DNA of 42,242 nucleotides from Magnetococcales bacterium HA3dbin3. GTDB taxonomy: Bacteria > Pseudomonadota > Magnetococcia > Magnetococcales > DC0425bin3. Both the position numbers and the translations under genes were made by a program. This document shows, one piece after another, positions 10,301-18,623 of the stretch. Each line of letters starts with the position of its first letter. Within the stretch, counting starts at the first letter, position 1. The notes under the pieces are model-generated. The model ran no database searches and was not told where the DNA came from. It saw only the letters and a program-made list of their open reading frames with translations. The DNA is taken from contig PEAJ01000002.1 of NCBI GenBank assembly GCA_002753495.1, forward strand, positions 1 to 42,242, in the 5' to 3' direction.

Positions 10301-11053
10301 TTTGCGTTTCCGGAAGGGGCAATCTTCCTGCGCGAGGACCTGAAGGACAGGGAACGCAAGGAGATGGAGGCATTGGCCCACCGACTGGAGGGAGAGGTGG
10401 TCAAGTACTCCCTGATGCATTCGCGGTCTTCCTTTAATGCCGATGCCCCCAACAGCCGGGGCATGGCCGTGGATCCGACGGTTCTCAATACCATGCTGGC
10501 TCAACTCAGGAACGCTCGACCGCAGGGACGGTTGGCCATCGACCTGCCGGCCATTTTGACCGGGGCCGAGGTTGACGAGAACAAGGCCAAGGAATCCACT
10601 GATGCGTCGGGATTTTTCTGGGAATCGAAGAAGAGTGCCGCCGTTTCTCTGCGCCTGCGGGATGGTGACCAGATCCTCCTGCCCCAAAAGAGTAGCGAGG
10701 TGACGGTGCTGGGTGAGGTCAACTACCCGACTTCGCATCAGTTCAGACCGGGCAAGTCGCCGGAAGAGTACGTCAGTCTGAGTGGCGGTTTCAGCAATGG
10801 CGCGGACAAGGATGCCATCTATATCGTCAAGGCCAATGGGCAAGTCATTCCCAGAAACGCCGGGGGCGGTGTTTTTGGCTCGGCATGGTTCAATGCCGGG
10901 AGTGGCGTTGCCGTGAGCGCGGGGGACACGGTTGTTGTTCCCCTGAAGACCGACCAGGTCGAGGCTTTGCAGTTTGTGAAGGAAATTTCGACCGTTCTTT
11001 ACAACTTAGCCATCACCACCGCCGGCATCAAGCAGGTCGGGGTGCTGAAGTGA
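7322..11053 (+). CDS. Giant outer-membrane polysaccharide export (OPX/Wza-family) protein with seven SLBB-like repeats
   Basis: Signal peptide MRSRLCRVIQVAVLLLVSSGFGGAKA. Poly_export-type block PADYIVGPGDTIQIQLTGKEF...DGMIDFPGIGLVPVAGVSFLEL. Seven copies of the motif [IV]x[IV]xG.V..PG.[FY] (for example VFILGDVLRPGAF, VGVEGDVHRPGIF, VSVQGEVRFPGVY). Hydrophobic/amphipathic C-terminus VKEISTVLYNLAITTAGIKQVGVLK. Confidence 0.9.
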   Translation: MRSRLCRVIQVAVLLLVSSGFGGAKAEDLGGNDALMGALRANQKRAELLGTASGVLPGGLSAAPLNGEQGEGQPASSAADQNRELHDLIKRNQEQSENPLSRVHPARLLPPEPAPLPRRGKVDGKSRFSQGRGSGRDELFPDVTRDVLRDRLRDQEKPPVPQPLKQFGYDLFERVPSTFAPVTNVPIPADYIVGPGDTIQIQLTGKEFKNFVAKVNRDGMIDFPGIGLVPVAGVSFLELKGLLTERVKAQLIGMELSHVTLGTLRSIRVFILGDVLRPGAFTVGALSTMVNALFASGGVTPMGSLRRVQLKRKDQLVTTLDLYDLLLEGNANNDTRLQDGDVLFVPPIGSTVGVEGDVHRPGIFELKDEKSVQEVLKMAGGFLPSAFKKGVQLERIQEGKGRQILALDLSRGALSKTRVQNGDTLRVQSVLEKMDDVVTLSGHVERPGPYQWRRGLRLTDVIPSARALQENPDLGYVLIRREIDEGQRWKFLITRLDQPLANRASAQNTLLEPRDEILVLGLNEDRAKTLEPWITELRRQTPSDQLEPIVGVAGNVRYPGIYPFAQGMRVSELIRSAAETLPGTDLDYALLVRVLDKDGRIAPFSVRLRDLLGNEGSPGDILVRPEDRLLVFASSSYFEEYGRNRSRKGLFFRDLKSPGQGEAPDRKVAKDSKQGPFSGAVDVTSTRIEEFYANRNAPKGETERASAAQRVDPSPGRGYSGGPLGRDGLSEEQRLLLLRQGKGGDGYPDAADAEPDVPVEQSSFGQFNQRERFKQFRKDVAALPAFMTGTPIKEEAGIMPKDKEESSTPSKEDRMKFSFLRVPVNSPELADHFYNWSQRTREGLLKPVLDQLQAQATFSQPSRIVSVAGMVRFPGKYPLEEGMHISDLIRAGGWMAEPAYSLDAEVTRYFVIDQKNREIKHLKVVLGDVLSGAPSADFSLQPFDSLTIKPIPNWTDTMQQVSVQGEVRFPGVYPVRKGETLKQLIERAGGLTEFAFPEGAIFLREDLKDRERKEMEALAHRLEGEVVKYSLMHSRSSFNADAPNSRGMAVDPTVLNTMLAQLRNARPQGRLAIDLPAILTGAEVDENKAKESTDASGFFWESKKSAAVSLRLRDGDQILLPQKSSEVTVLGEVNYPTSHQFRPGKSPEEYVSLSGGFSNGADKDAIYIVKANGQVIPRNAGGGVFGSAWFNAGSGVAVSAGDTVVVPLKTDQVEALQFVKEISTVLYNLAITTAGIKQVGVLK

Positions 11054-11066
11054 TGTTTCGGCGGCC

Positions 11067-13145
11067 ATGAGCACCTCCCGCCGTGCGCGCGTGTTTGCCC
11101 AGTTGCCGTGGATGCTGCTCGGAATGATGGGCGCCTTTGCCCTGGGCGTTGTCGCCCTGCGTCACGGGGAGACGGTCAATGCCCTGTGGATCGTTGTGGC
11201 GGCGATCTCCCTTTACGTGGTCGCGTACCGTTACTACGGCCTTTTTATCGCCGGTCGAGTCATGGGCGTCGATCCCGACCGCCCTACTCCGGCTGTTCGC
11301 AAAAACGATGGCCTGGACTTTGTTCCTACCAATAAATATTTCCTTTTCGGGCATCACTTTGCGGCCATTGCCGGGGCCGGGCCCCTGGTCGGCCCGGTGC
11401 TTGCCTCGCAAATGGGCTACTATCCGGGGATGATGTGGTTGATTTTTGGCGTCATTCTCGCCGGGGCGGTGCAGGATTTCATGATCCTCTTCATCTCCGT
11501 CCGCCGGGATGGTCGTTCCCTGGGGGAGTTGATCAAGTCGGAGATGGGGGAGATTCCGGGCGTGGTTGCCTTGTTGGGGACCTTTATGATCATCGTCATT
11601 CTGCTGGCCGTGCTGGCGTTGATCGTGGTCAAGGCGCTGGCCGAGAGCCCCTGGGGAACCTTCACCGTTGCGGCGACGATGCCGATAGCCGTGTTCATGG
11701 GCATCTACATGCGTTTTTTGCGCCCCGGTCGCATCGGCGAGGTTTCGTTGATTGGTTTTTTGTTGCTTGTGGTGTCGGTGATTGTCGGCGGGCAGGTGAT
11801 GCAAAGTCCGGCCTGGGCGCCGCTTTTTACCTTCAGCGGCCGGGAGTTGACCTGGATGCTGATCGCCTATGGTTTTCTCGCCTCGATCCTGCCGGTATGG
11901 CTTCTTCTGGCCCCGCGGGACTACCTCTCGACCTTCCTCAAGATTGGTACCATCGCGGTCCTGGGAATTGTCATTCTCTTCGTTGCTCCGCCGATGAAGA
12001 TGCCGGCCTTGACCCAGTTTACCAACGGGAGTGGCCCGGTGTGGTCGGGCGGGCTTTTCCCCTTCCTTTTTATCACGATCGCTTGTGGCGCGGTCTCCGG
12101 TTTTCATGCCCTCATCGCCTCGGGAACGACGCCGAAGATGCTCGAAAACGAGTCGCACGCCTGTTTCATTGGCTATGGCGGCATGCTCATGGAGGCCTCG
12201 GTGGCCGTGATGGCCCTGGTCGCGGCGGGTTGCATTGAACCTGGTGTCTATTTCTCCATGAACAGCCCTGCGGCCATCCTCGGACCAACCGCCGATCATG
12301 CAGCACAGGCTATCGCCCAATGGGGGTTTGTCATCACCCCGGAGATGATCCAGCAGACCGCCGCCGAGGTTGGCGAGAAGACCATCCTTTCTCGCACCGG
12401 GGGCGCCCCGACCCTGGCTGTGGGCATGGCCACGCTTTTTTCCCAGCTCCTGGGGGGCAAGGAGACGATGGGCTTCTGGTACCATTTCGCGATCCTCTTC
12501 GAGGCCCTTTTCATCCTCACCGCCGTCGATGCCGGAACCCGGGTTGGTCGTTTCATGTTGCAGGACCTCCTCGGGTACGTTCTCCCTTCGTTCAAGCAGA
12601 CCTCCTCCTGGGGTGGCAGTCTTGTCGCGACGACAATTTGCGTGGGGGCATGGGGCTATTTTCTCTATCACGGGGTGATGGATCCTTTTGGGGGAATCAA
12701 TACCCTGTGGCCTCTTTTTGGTATCGCCAATCAGATGCTCGCGAGCATGGCCCTCATCCTGGCGACCGTCGTCCTCTTCAAGATGAAGCGACAGCGCTAC
12801 GCCTGGGTCACCGCCTTGCCCACCCTGTGGCTTCTGACGAGTACTCTGACCGCGGCCTGGCAGAAGGTTTTTCATCCGGATCCCAGGATTGGCTTTTTGG
12901 CCCATGCCGTCCGCTTTCAGGAGGCGTTGGCGAAGCATACCGTCCTTTCCCCGGCCAAGAGTGTGGAACAGATGCAGCAAGTCATTCTCAACGATCGGGT
13001 AGATACGGCGCTGGCGGTGTTGTTTGTCTCCGCAGTGTTTGTCGTTTTGGGTTTTGGCATACGTTCCTGCCTTCTGGCCTGGCGCAGTGAGCACCCTACT
13101 GCCAGAGAGCTGCCGGAGGAAGATCCACGGCTTGCATGCGGATAG
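11067..13145 (+). CDS. cstA: Carbon starvation protein A (CstA/BtsT-family peptide/pyruvate transporter)
   Basis: N-terminal region is near-colinear with E. coli CstA as I recall it (GAFALG...NALWIVVA...YRYYG...PAVR.NDGLD.VPT...LFGHHFAAIAGAGPLVGPVLA.QMGY.PG). Polytopic, 692 aa. Confidence 0.95.
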   Translation: MSTSRRARVFAQLPWMLLGMMGAFALGVVALRHGETVNALWIVVAAISLYVVAYRYYGLFIAGRVMGVDPDRPTPAVRKNDGLDFVPTNKYFLFGHHFAAIAGAGPLVGPVLASQMGYYPGMMWLIFGVILAGAVQDFMILFISVRRDGRSLGELIKSEMGEIPGVVALLGTFMIIVILLAVLALIVVKALAESPWGTFTVAATMPIAVFMGIYMRFLRPGRIGEVSLIGFLLLVVSVIVGGQVMQSPAWAPLFTFSGRELTWMLIAYGFLASILPVWLLLAPRDYLSTFLKIGTIAVLGIVILFVAPPMKMPALTQFTNGSGPVWSGGLFPFLFITIACGAVSGFHALIASGTTPKMLENESHACFIGYGGMLMEASVAVMALVAAGCIEPGVYFSMNSPAAILGPTADHAAQAIAQWGFVITPEMIQQTAAEVGEKTILSRTGGAPTLAVGMATLFSQLLGGKETMGFWYHFAILFEALFILTAVDAGTRVGRFMLQDLLGYVLPSFKQTSSWGGSLVATTICVGAWGYFLYHGVMDPFGGINTLWPLFGIANQMLASMALILATVVLFKMKRQRYAWVTALPTLWLLTSTLTAAWQKVFHPDPRIGFLAHAVRFQEALAKHTVLSPAKSVEQMQQVILNDRVDTALAVLFVSAVFVVLGFGIRSCLLAWRSEHPTARELPEEDPRLACG

Positions 13146-13360
13146 GGTTCTCGACTGTGCGGCACCGTTGGCAACAGGTTTGGGCGTGGATTGGCCGCGG
13201 GGCGAGGCTCATGGTCGGTGTGCCGGACTACGAGGGGTATGTGCGTCGACAGCGGGAGCGTTTTCCAGATGGACCTGTTCTCAGTTATGCAGCCTTCATT
13301 CAGGATCGGCAGGAGGCGCGCTATGGGCGGCGTGACGGCTGTGTCCGTCGCTGCTGCTGA
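13136..13360 (+). CDS. ybdD: YbdD/YjiX-family small protein (DUF466)
   Basis: LMVGVPDYEGYV...YAAFIQDRQEARYG...RCC matches the YbdD pattern (LMIGMPDYDNYV...ERQDARYG...RCC). It overlaps the cstA stop by 10 nt, which is the usual cstA-ybdD pairing. Confidence 0.85.
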   Translation: MRIGFSTVRHRWQQVWAWIGRGARLMVGVPDYEGYVRRQRERFPDGPVLSYAAFIQDRQEARYGRRDGCVRRCC

Positions 13361-13575
13361 ACGTCCTGCCCTGATGTCCCTCCAGCATCGGGAGCGTGTT
13401 GTCGCCCCGTGGCTGTGTCTTGATCTGGAATTGGCGTGACCCGCTTCCTCGGGGGGGGATTTTCTCCCGCCGGAGGCCCGACGATGCCGACCAGGAGCGG
13501 CACAATGTAAAGATTTGCCAAGATCACCTGTTCGCTATTTTAAGCGCGGATGGGTTGTGGCAGGATAGCGCGCGG

Positions 13576-13599
13576 GGTGCCTTTCGGGTGGAAGGCACC
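13576..13599 (+). other. Stable 8-bp hairpin in the ybdD/small-ORF spacer
   Basis: GGTGCCTT (13576-13583) pairs with AAGGCACC (13592-13599) across an 8-nt loop, followed by a G/T-rich tract rather than a clean T-run. It could be a weak terminator or a leader structure. Confidence 0.3.
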
Positions 13600-13721
13600 T
13601 GGGGTTGGTTGTTCCTTGGTGTTGGGACCTCGATGTCGCCCTGCTTTCTTCCGCTTCTGCCATCCTTCCGTGTTTTACACTTCCGAGATTGTATTTCAAC
13701 CACAACGAGGATGATTAAGTC

Positions 13722-13979
13722 ATGCCCAACCTTCGCAGCGGGTCGCGTGTTTCGCACCGAACTCTGATCTCCACATTGGTCTTTGGTGCGGCGAGTGTGG
13801 CCCTTTATTTGGCCTTGTTTGTTTTTTCCAACGACCTGACCGAGATGGCCTCGCTGGTTCGCCAGGGACACAAGGGATACGTAGCCGTTCCCATCCTTAT
13901 TGCCCTTGTTTTTTCCTTTATTCACGGGGCTTTTACGAGTCACTTTTGGGACATGATGGGCCTCAAGGCCAGGAAGTAG
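13722..13979 (+). CDS. Small two-TM membrane protein, unknown family
   Basis: 85-aa ORF with GAGGA 12 nt upstream. Two hydrophobic helices (LISTLVFGAASVALYLALFVF and YVAVPILIALVFSFIHGAF). Stop lies 15 nt before the TauE-USP start. Confidence 0.6.
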   Translation: MPNLRSGSRVSHRTLISTLVFGAASVALYLALFVFSNDLTEMASLVRQGHKGYVAVPILIALVFSFIHGAFTSHFWDMMGLKARK

Positions 13980-13994
13980 TGGGGGGGGAGGACA

Positions 13995-15944
13995 ATGGAA
14001 TCAGTTCAATTTATTGATTTAACAACCACCTCTACCGTGGCCCTGTTTCTGGTCGGGTTTGTTGGCGGCATGGTCAGCGGTTTCATTGGCTCTGGTGGGG
14101 CTTTTGTGTTGACCCCGGCCATGATGACCATGGGCGTGCCGGCGATCGTGGCGGTGGCGAGCAACATGGCCCATAAATTTCCGAAGGCCCTGGTTGGGGC
14201 TTATAAACGCAATAAATATGGACAGGTGGATGTCAAACTTGGCGTCGTCATGGGCATCTTCGCCGAGGTCGGGGTGATCATTGGCAAGCATGTCATGGTT
14301 CACATCCGTGAGACGTTTGGGACGGTGGGAACCAACCTGTATGTTTCGTTCGTATTTGTGGTGGTTTTGGCCATCGTCGGCGGGCTTGTCCTGCGCGATG
14401 GCATGGCGGAAAAACGCGGTCTGGCCGAAACTCAGAAGCCTCCGACCAACGAGCTGACGCCGCTTGCCCGCTGGGTGCGTAGCATCCGGGTCCCGGGTAC
14501 CATGCTTCACGTGAAAATTATCGATGCGCACGTCTCCTTTTTGGTGTTGATTCCCCTGGGTATCGCCACTGGCATGCTGGCGGCGACCATTGCGGTGGGC
14601 GGTTTCATTGGTGTGCCATCGATGATGTATTTTATCGGTCTGCCGGCCCTGATGGCTAGCGCCACGGAGTTGGTGATCGCCTTCGTCATGGGCTTGGGGG
14701 GGAGCATTCTCTATGCCCTCGACGGATCGGTCGATATCAGGCTCTCCATGATCATTCTTGCCGGTTCGTTATTTGGTATTCAGATCGGTGCCATTGGAAC
14801 GACCTACGTGAAGGATTACGTCGTAAAATTTGTCATGGCGGCGATCATGCTTCTCGTGTTAGCCAGCCGCTTCTTCTACATTCCGGGTTATCTGTCGGAT
14901 CTACGCTTGATCCCCGCGCTTGAGAAGGGCACTATCAAAACGTTGAACGCCGTCGGCGACGGTACGTTGGGCTTTGCCCTGCTGTTCGGGGCGGTGATGA
15001 TCCTGCAAGCTCTTTATCGGGGGATTCGGGAACATCGTCAGACCACTGAGGCGATGGAAACAGCGACCCTCACCCCGGCCTTGGCGAGTGTGGGTCTCGT
15101 GGGACAGCTTTCCCCCTTTGGCCGGTTTGAACGTTTCCTGCTTGCGAGCGATGGTTCCGAATTCAGCGCCGCGGCGGTTCGGGAAGGCACGAATATGGCC
15201 AAGCGGTGCGGTTCCCACATGCATGTCATGTCCCTGGTGGCGAGCGGGGCTGAGTATGGGGGCCTTGGAGAGTCTATCCTCAAGCAGGAGATAGCCATGG
15301 CCAGTGCCCACCTCGACGATATCAAGGGACAGGCTGGCGCCGCTGGCGTTGCCTGTGAGACCCACGTCGTGCATGGGCAGGTGGTAGACCGAGAAATTCT
15401 CTCCATGGCGGAGAAGTTGACGGCCGATCTTATCGTCATGGGCAGACGCGGACGTCGGGGTTTGGCACGGATGATGTTGGGGCAAGCCACCGCCAATGTC
15501 ATTGGCAGGGCGAATTGTAACGTGTTGGTCGTGCCAAGGGCTGCCCATATCGAAGGCCGGCACATCGTTTTGGCCACTGACGGGTCGCGTTATGCGGATG
15601 CGGCCGCGCTCACCGCTGGGGAGTTGGCGCGGCGTTGCAATACCCCGGTTACCGTGGTCTCTGTGGTGAATCCCGAGGATGCCGCCGGGCGGCGCGCCGA
15701 CACCGAACAGATCGTCAATCGGGTGGTCAAGCACTTGGCGAACGAAGGGGTTAAAGTTGAGGGCCGGGTGCTGGAGGGGCGCGCCGATGCCTGCATCATC
15801 GAAGTTGCTCAGGAAAAGAACGCCGACCTGATCGTCGTCGGCAGTCACGGCCGTACCGGGCTCGAGCGCATTCTCGTCGGCAGCACCACCGAGCGCATTC
15901 TGAACGGCACCTCGTGCGCGGTCTTTGTGGTCAAGGGCGGGTGA
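13995..15944 (+). CDS. TauE/SafE (TSUP, DUF81) family permease fused to two C-terminal universal stress protein domains
   Basis: GGGAGGA RBS. About 9 predicted TM helices with Gly-rich TSUP-like helices (GGMVSGFIGSGGAFVLTP and AATIAVGGFIGVP). C-terminal about 270 aa form two USP folds. The second carries the ATP motif G-x2-G-x9-G-S (GSHGRTGLERILVGST); the first has GRRGRRGLARMMLGQA. Confidence 0.88.
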   Translation: MESVQFIDLTTTSTVALFLVGFVGGMVSGFIGSGGAFVLTPAMMTMGVPAIVAVASNMAHKFPKALVGAYKRNKYGQVDVKLGVVMGIFAEVGVIIGKHVMVHIRETFGTVGTNLYVSFVFVVVLAIVGGLVLRDGMAEKRGLAETQKPPTNELTPLARWVRSIRVPGTMLHVKIIDAHVSFLVLIPLGIATGMLAATIAVGGFIGVPSMMYFIGLPALMASATELVIAFVMGLGGSILYALDGSVDIRLSMIILAGSLFGIQIGAIGTTYVKDYVVKFVMAAIMLLVLASRFFYIPGYLSDLRLIPALEKGTIKTLNAVGDGTLGFALLFGAVMILQALYRGIREHRQTTEAMETATLTPALASVGLVGQLSPFGRFERFLLASDGSEFSAAAVREGTNMAKRCGSHMHVMSLVASGAEYGGLGESILKQEIAMASAHLDDIKGQAGAAGVACETHVVHGQVVDREILSMAEKLTADLIVMGRRGRRGLARMMLGQATANVIGRANCNVLVVPRAAHIEGRHIVLATDGSRYADAAALTAGELARRCNTPVTVVSVVNPEDAAGRRADTEQIVNRVVKHLANEGVKVEGRVLEGRADACIIEVAQEKNADLIVVGSHGRTGLERILVGSTTERILNGTSCAVFVVKGG

Positions 15945-15985
15945 TTTTTTCCCCCTGATTGCGCTTTCTTTGTTCCCGGGAGGGT

Positions 15986-16015
15986 GTTGGGTGGGCGAGG
16001 CCGTGCCCACCCAAC
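15986..16015. terminator. Bidirectional hairpin between convergent TauE-USP and hemH
   Basis: Perfect 11-bp stem: GTTGGGTGGGC (15986-15996) pairs with GCCCACCCAAC (16005-16015) across an 8-nt loop. No T-run follows it on the plus strand (next bases are CTTGACC); the T-rich tract lies on its upstream plus-strand side, i.e. downstream for hemH. Confidence 0.65.
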
Positions 16016-16074
16016 CTTGACCGGAGGAGATGGCGGACCCCGGCCGGGAGATGGCGGGGGGCTCTCCTCCCCGT

Positions 16075-17118
16075 CTATCCGTGGCTTCCCGCGGCCCCGG
16101 GGCGTTCGTCCGTTGTCGCCGGTGACCCCTCCTCCACCCATCCGGCAAGTTCCTCGCGCACGAGGGCGGACAAGGCGGCGATCCAGGCCGGGTGATCGTT
16201 CAGACACGGGACGAAGTGAAACGCCTTGCCACCGGCGCGAAAGAAAAGGGCGCGCCCCTGGACGTTGATCTCTTCGAGGGTTTCCAGGCAGTCGGCGACA
16301 AACCCCGGACAGACCACCAGCAGGGAACGAACCCCCTCCGCCGGCAGACGTGCGAGGAGAGTTGTCGTTGCCGGCGACAGCCAGCGCTCGCGGCCGAAAC
16401 GGGACTGGAAAGCGAGGTGCCAGTGTTCCCTAGGCAGGTTGAGTTCCTCCGCGAGCAGACGGGCTGTCTCTTGGCATTGGGCGGCATAGGGGTCACCCTG
16501 GTCGACGTGACGTTGCGGCAGCCCATGGAAAGAGAAGAGAATATGCGGCGTATCGGCCTCTGTCTCCCGGCAGGCGGTCAGGGCTTCCTGTACCCGCGTC
16601 GCCAGGGCCTGGATGTAGGATCGTCGTCGGTAAAACGGCGCAGCGACGCGCAAGGCGGGTTGAAAACGGTGCGCGGACATGGCATCCATCACGACGGATA
16701 GGGTCGAACCGGTGGTGGCAGCGGCATACTGAGGATAAAGGGGGAAAACAAGCAGACGTTCGACGCGTGCTGCGATGATCTCGTGCAGAGCTGCAGTCAG
16801 GGCGGGACGACCGTAACGCATCGCGAAGGTGCAGCCCACCCCGGCAGGGAGGGTCGCGGCGACGGCCTGATTCTGGGTGCGCGTGTAGTGCAGCAGGGGC
16901 GAGACGCCATCCGGACGCCAGATTTGTCGATAGAGGGCGGCCGAACGGGCGGGGCGCGTGCGCAGGATCACCCCGTGCAGCAGTGGCAGCCAGAGCGGAC
17001 GCGGCATATCCACCACCCAGGGATCGGAGAGGAATTCGCGCAGATACGCGCGGACGTCGGGGGTTGTTGGCGCGTCGGGGGTCCCCAACTGGGTAAGCAG
17101 GACGGCGATGCCGCTCAC
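16075..17118 (-). CDS. hemH: Ferrochelatase
   Basis: N-terminus GIAVLLTQLGTPDAPTTPDVRAYLREFLSDPWVVD, the FSFHGLP block with the catalytic His, and CPGFVADCLETLEEI are classic HemH signatures. 347 aa. Confidence 0.93.
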   Translation of the reverse strand: MSGIAVLLTQLGTPDAPTTPDVRAYLREFLSDPWVVDMPRPLWLPLLHGVILRTRPARSAALYRQIWRPDGVSPLLHYTRTQNQAVAATLPAGVGCTFAMRYGRPALTAALHEIIAARVERLLVFPLYPQYAAATTGSTLSVVMDAMSAHRFQPALRVAAPFYRRRSYIQALATRVQEALTACRETEADTPHILFSFHGLPQRHVDQGDPYAAQCQETARLLAEELNLPREHWHLAFQSRFGRERWLSPATTTLLARLPAEGVRSLLVVCPGFVADCLETLEEINVQGRALFFRAGGKAFHFVPCLNDHPAWIAALSALVREELAGWVEEGSPATTDERPGAAGSHG

Positions 17119-17195
17119 GATCCAACCTCCTGGCCTGGCGCACCCCGCCCGTTTCGCCGGGTGTCGGGGGGCAGACTGAAATTGAAGAGGATGCC

Positions 17196-18596
17196 GTGAA
17201 AGAGAAGATCACGCCGCGCATCATGATCTCGGCGACGCGGAAAAGCTCCGGGAAAACGCTCTTGACCCTGGGGTTGGCTGCCCTTTTGACACGACGTGGT
17301 GTCAAGGTCCAAACCTTCAAGAAGGGACCCGACTTCATCGACCCGAAATGGCTCACGGCCGCCACCGGTCGTCCTTGCGTCAACCTGGATTTTTACATCA
17401 TGGGCGGGGATAAAATCCACGGCTTGTTCCAGGAGGGGGCCTTTGGGGCCGATCTTTGCTTGGTCGAGGGCAACCATGGCCTGTTCGATGGTCAGGACCC
17501 GGAAGGGGGGGATTGCAGTGCCGCGCTGGCGCGTTGGCTGGAGACCCCGGTGGTGCTGGTGGTGGATTGCCGCAATCTGGCGCGCAGCATCGCCCCCCTG
17601 GTATGCGGTCACCTGCATTTTCCCGGCGGTGAGGTGATCGTCGGTCTGATCCTCAATAATGTGGCGACCCCGCGTCAGGAGGGTCGTTTGCGTGCGATTC
17701 TGGAGCGCTACTGCCCCTCGCCCATTCTTGGTGTTCTGCCGCGATCGGAGGCGATGGTGATTCATGAACGCCACCTGGGGTTGACCCCGACCGAGGAAGG
17801 CAGTGGACTGGAACGCACGATCGACCAGGTAACCGCACATGTGGAGCGACACCTGGACCCGGAGGTGATCCTGAAACTGGCGCGCCAGGTTGCCCCCCCG
17901 ACCTGGCGTGCCCCCTCCCCTCTGTCCGCGACCACCGCCGCGGGGTTGGCTCGACCCCGCGTTCGGGTCGGGTTTGCGGCCGATCGTGCCTTTCACTTCT
18001 ACTACCCGGAAAATCTCCAGGCCTTGCGCCAGCAGGGGGTGGATTTGGTCCCTTTCAACCTGCTGGAGGATTCTACCCTGCCGCCGGTCGATGGTCTGTT
18101 CATTGGCGGTGGATTTCCAGAGATGTTCATGGAGCCCCTGACCGCCAATCGGCCGATGATGCAATCCCTGCAACAGGCCTCCCTCCGTGGCATGCCCATC
18201 TACGCCGAGTGCGGTGGTCTTATGGTATTGGCCGAGTCCCTGCGTTGGGGATCCCTCGGACTGCCCATGGCCGGGGTTTTGCCGATCGACGTGACCATGG
18301 AGAAACGTCCCCAGGGGTATGGCTACATGGAGATCGAGGGAACTGGTCACGCGCCCTGGCCGCCTCCGGGTGAAATCGTGCGTTGCCACGAGTTTCACTA
18401 TTCGCACATCACCCGGATTGGTCATGGGGTGCGCTACGCTTATCGCGTGCGCCGCGGCACTGGCATCGATGGTCAGCACGATGGCATGCTCTATCGCAAT
18501 GTTCTGGCTTCTTACGCCCATATTCACGTCGTTGGTGCCCCGGCGTGGGCGGAACACCTTGCCCGCTTTTGGCGTCACGGCGCCTTGGGAGGGTGA
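17196..18596 (+). CDS. Cobyrinic acid a,c-diamide synthase family amidase (CobB/CbiA, or siroheme amidase DsrN)
   Basis: N-terminal P-loop ISATRKSSGKTLLTLGL and C-terminal glutamine amidotransferase domain with nucleophile context YAECGGLMVL. 466 aa. Sits immediately upstream of dsrEFH. CobB and DsrN cannot be distinguished by eye. Confidence 0.88.
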   Translation: MKEKITPRIMISATRKSSGKTLLTLGLAALLTRRGVKVQTFKKGPDFIDPKWLTAATGRPCVNLDFYIMGGDKIHGLFQEGAFGADLCLVEGNHGLFDGQDPEGGDCSAALARWLETPVVLVVDCRNLARSIAPLVCGHLHFPGGEVIVGLILNNVATPRQEGRLRAILERYCPSPILGVLPRSEAMVIHERHLGLTPTEEGSGLERTIDQVTAHVERHLDPEVILKLARQVAPPTWRAPSPLSATTAAGLARPRVRVGFAADRAFHFYYPENLQALRQQGVDLVPFNLLEDSTLPPVDGLFIGGGFPEMFMEPLTANRPMMQSLQQASLRGMPIYAECGGLMVLAESLRWGSLGLPMAGVLPIDVTMEKRPQGYGYMEIEGTGHAPWPPPGEIVRCHEFHYSHITRIGHGVRYAYRVRRGTGIDGQHDGMLYRNVLASYAHIHVVGAPAWAEHLARFWRHGALGG

Positions 18597-18623
18597 AAAG
18601 CTCCACGCGGGTCATTTTTGGCC

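Noticed and set aside
13396-13767. 123-aa plus-strand ORF filling the ybdD-to-small-ORF spacer.
   Set aside because: Its composition is odd (Trp/Arg/Cys-rich), it has no RBS, and it overlaps the better-supported 85-aa membrane ORF start. It is probably non-coding spacer with a hairpin.
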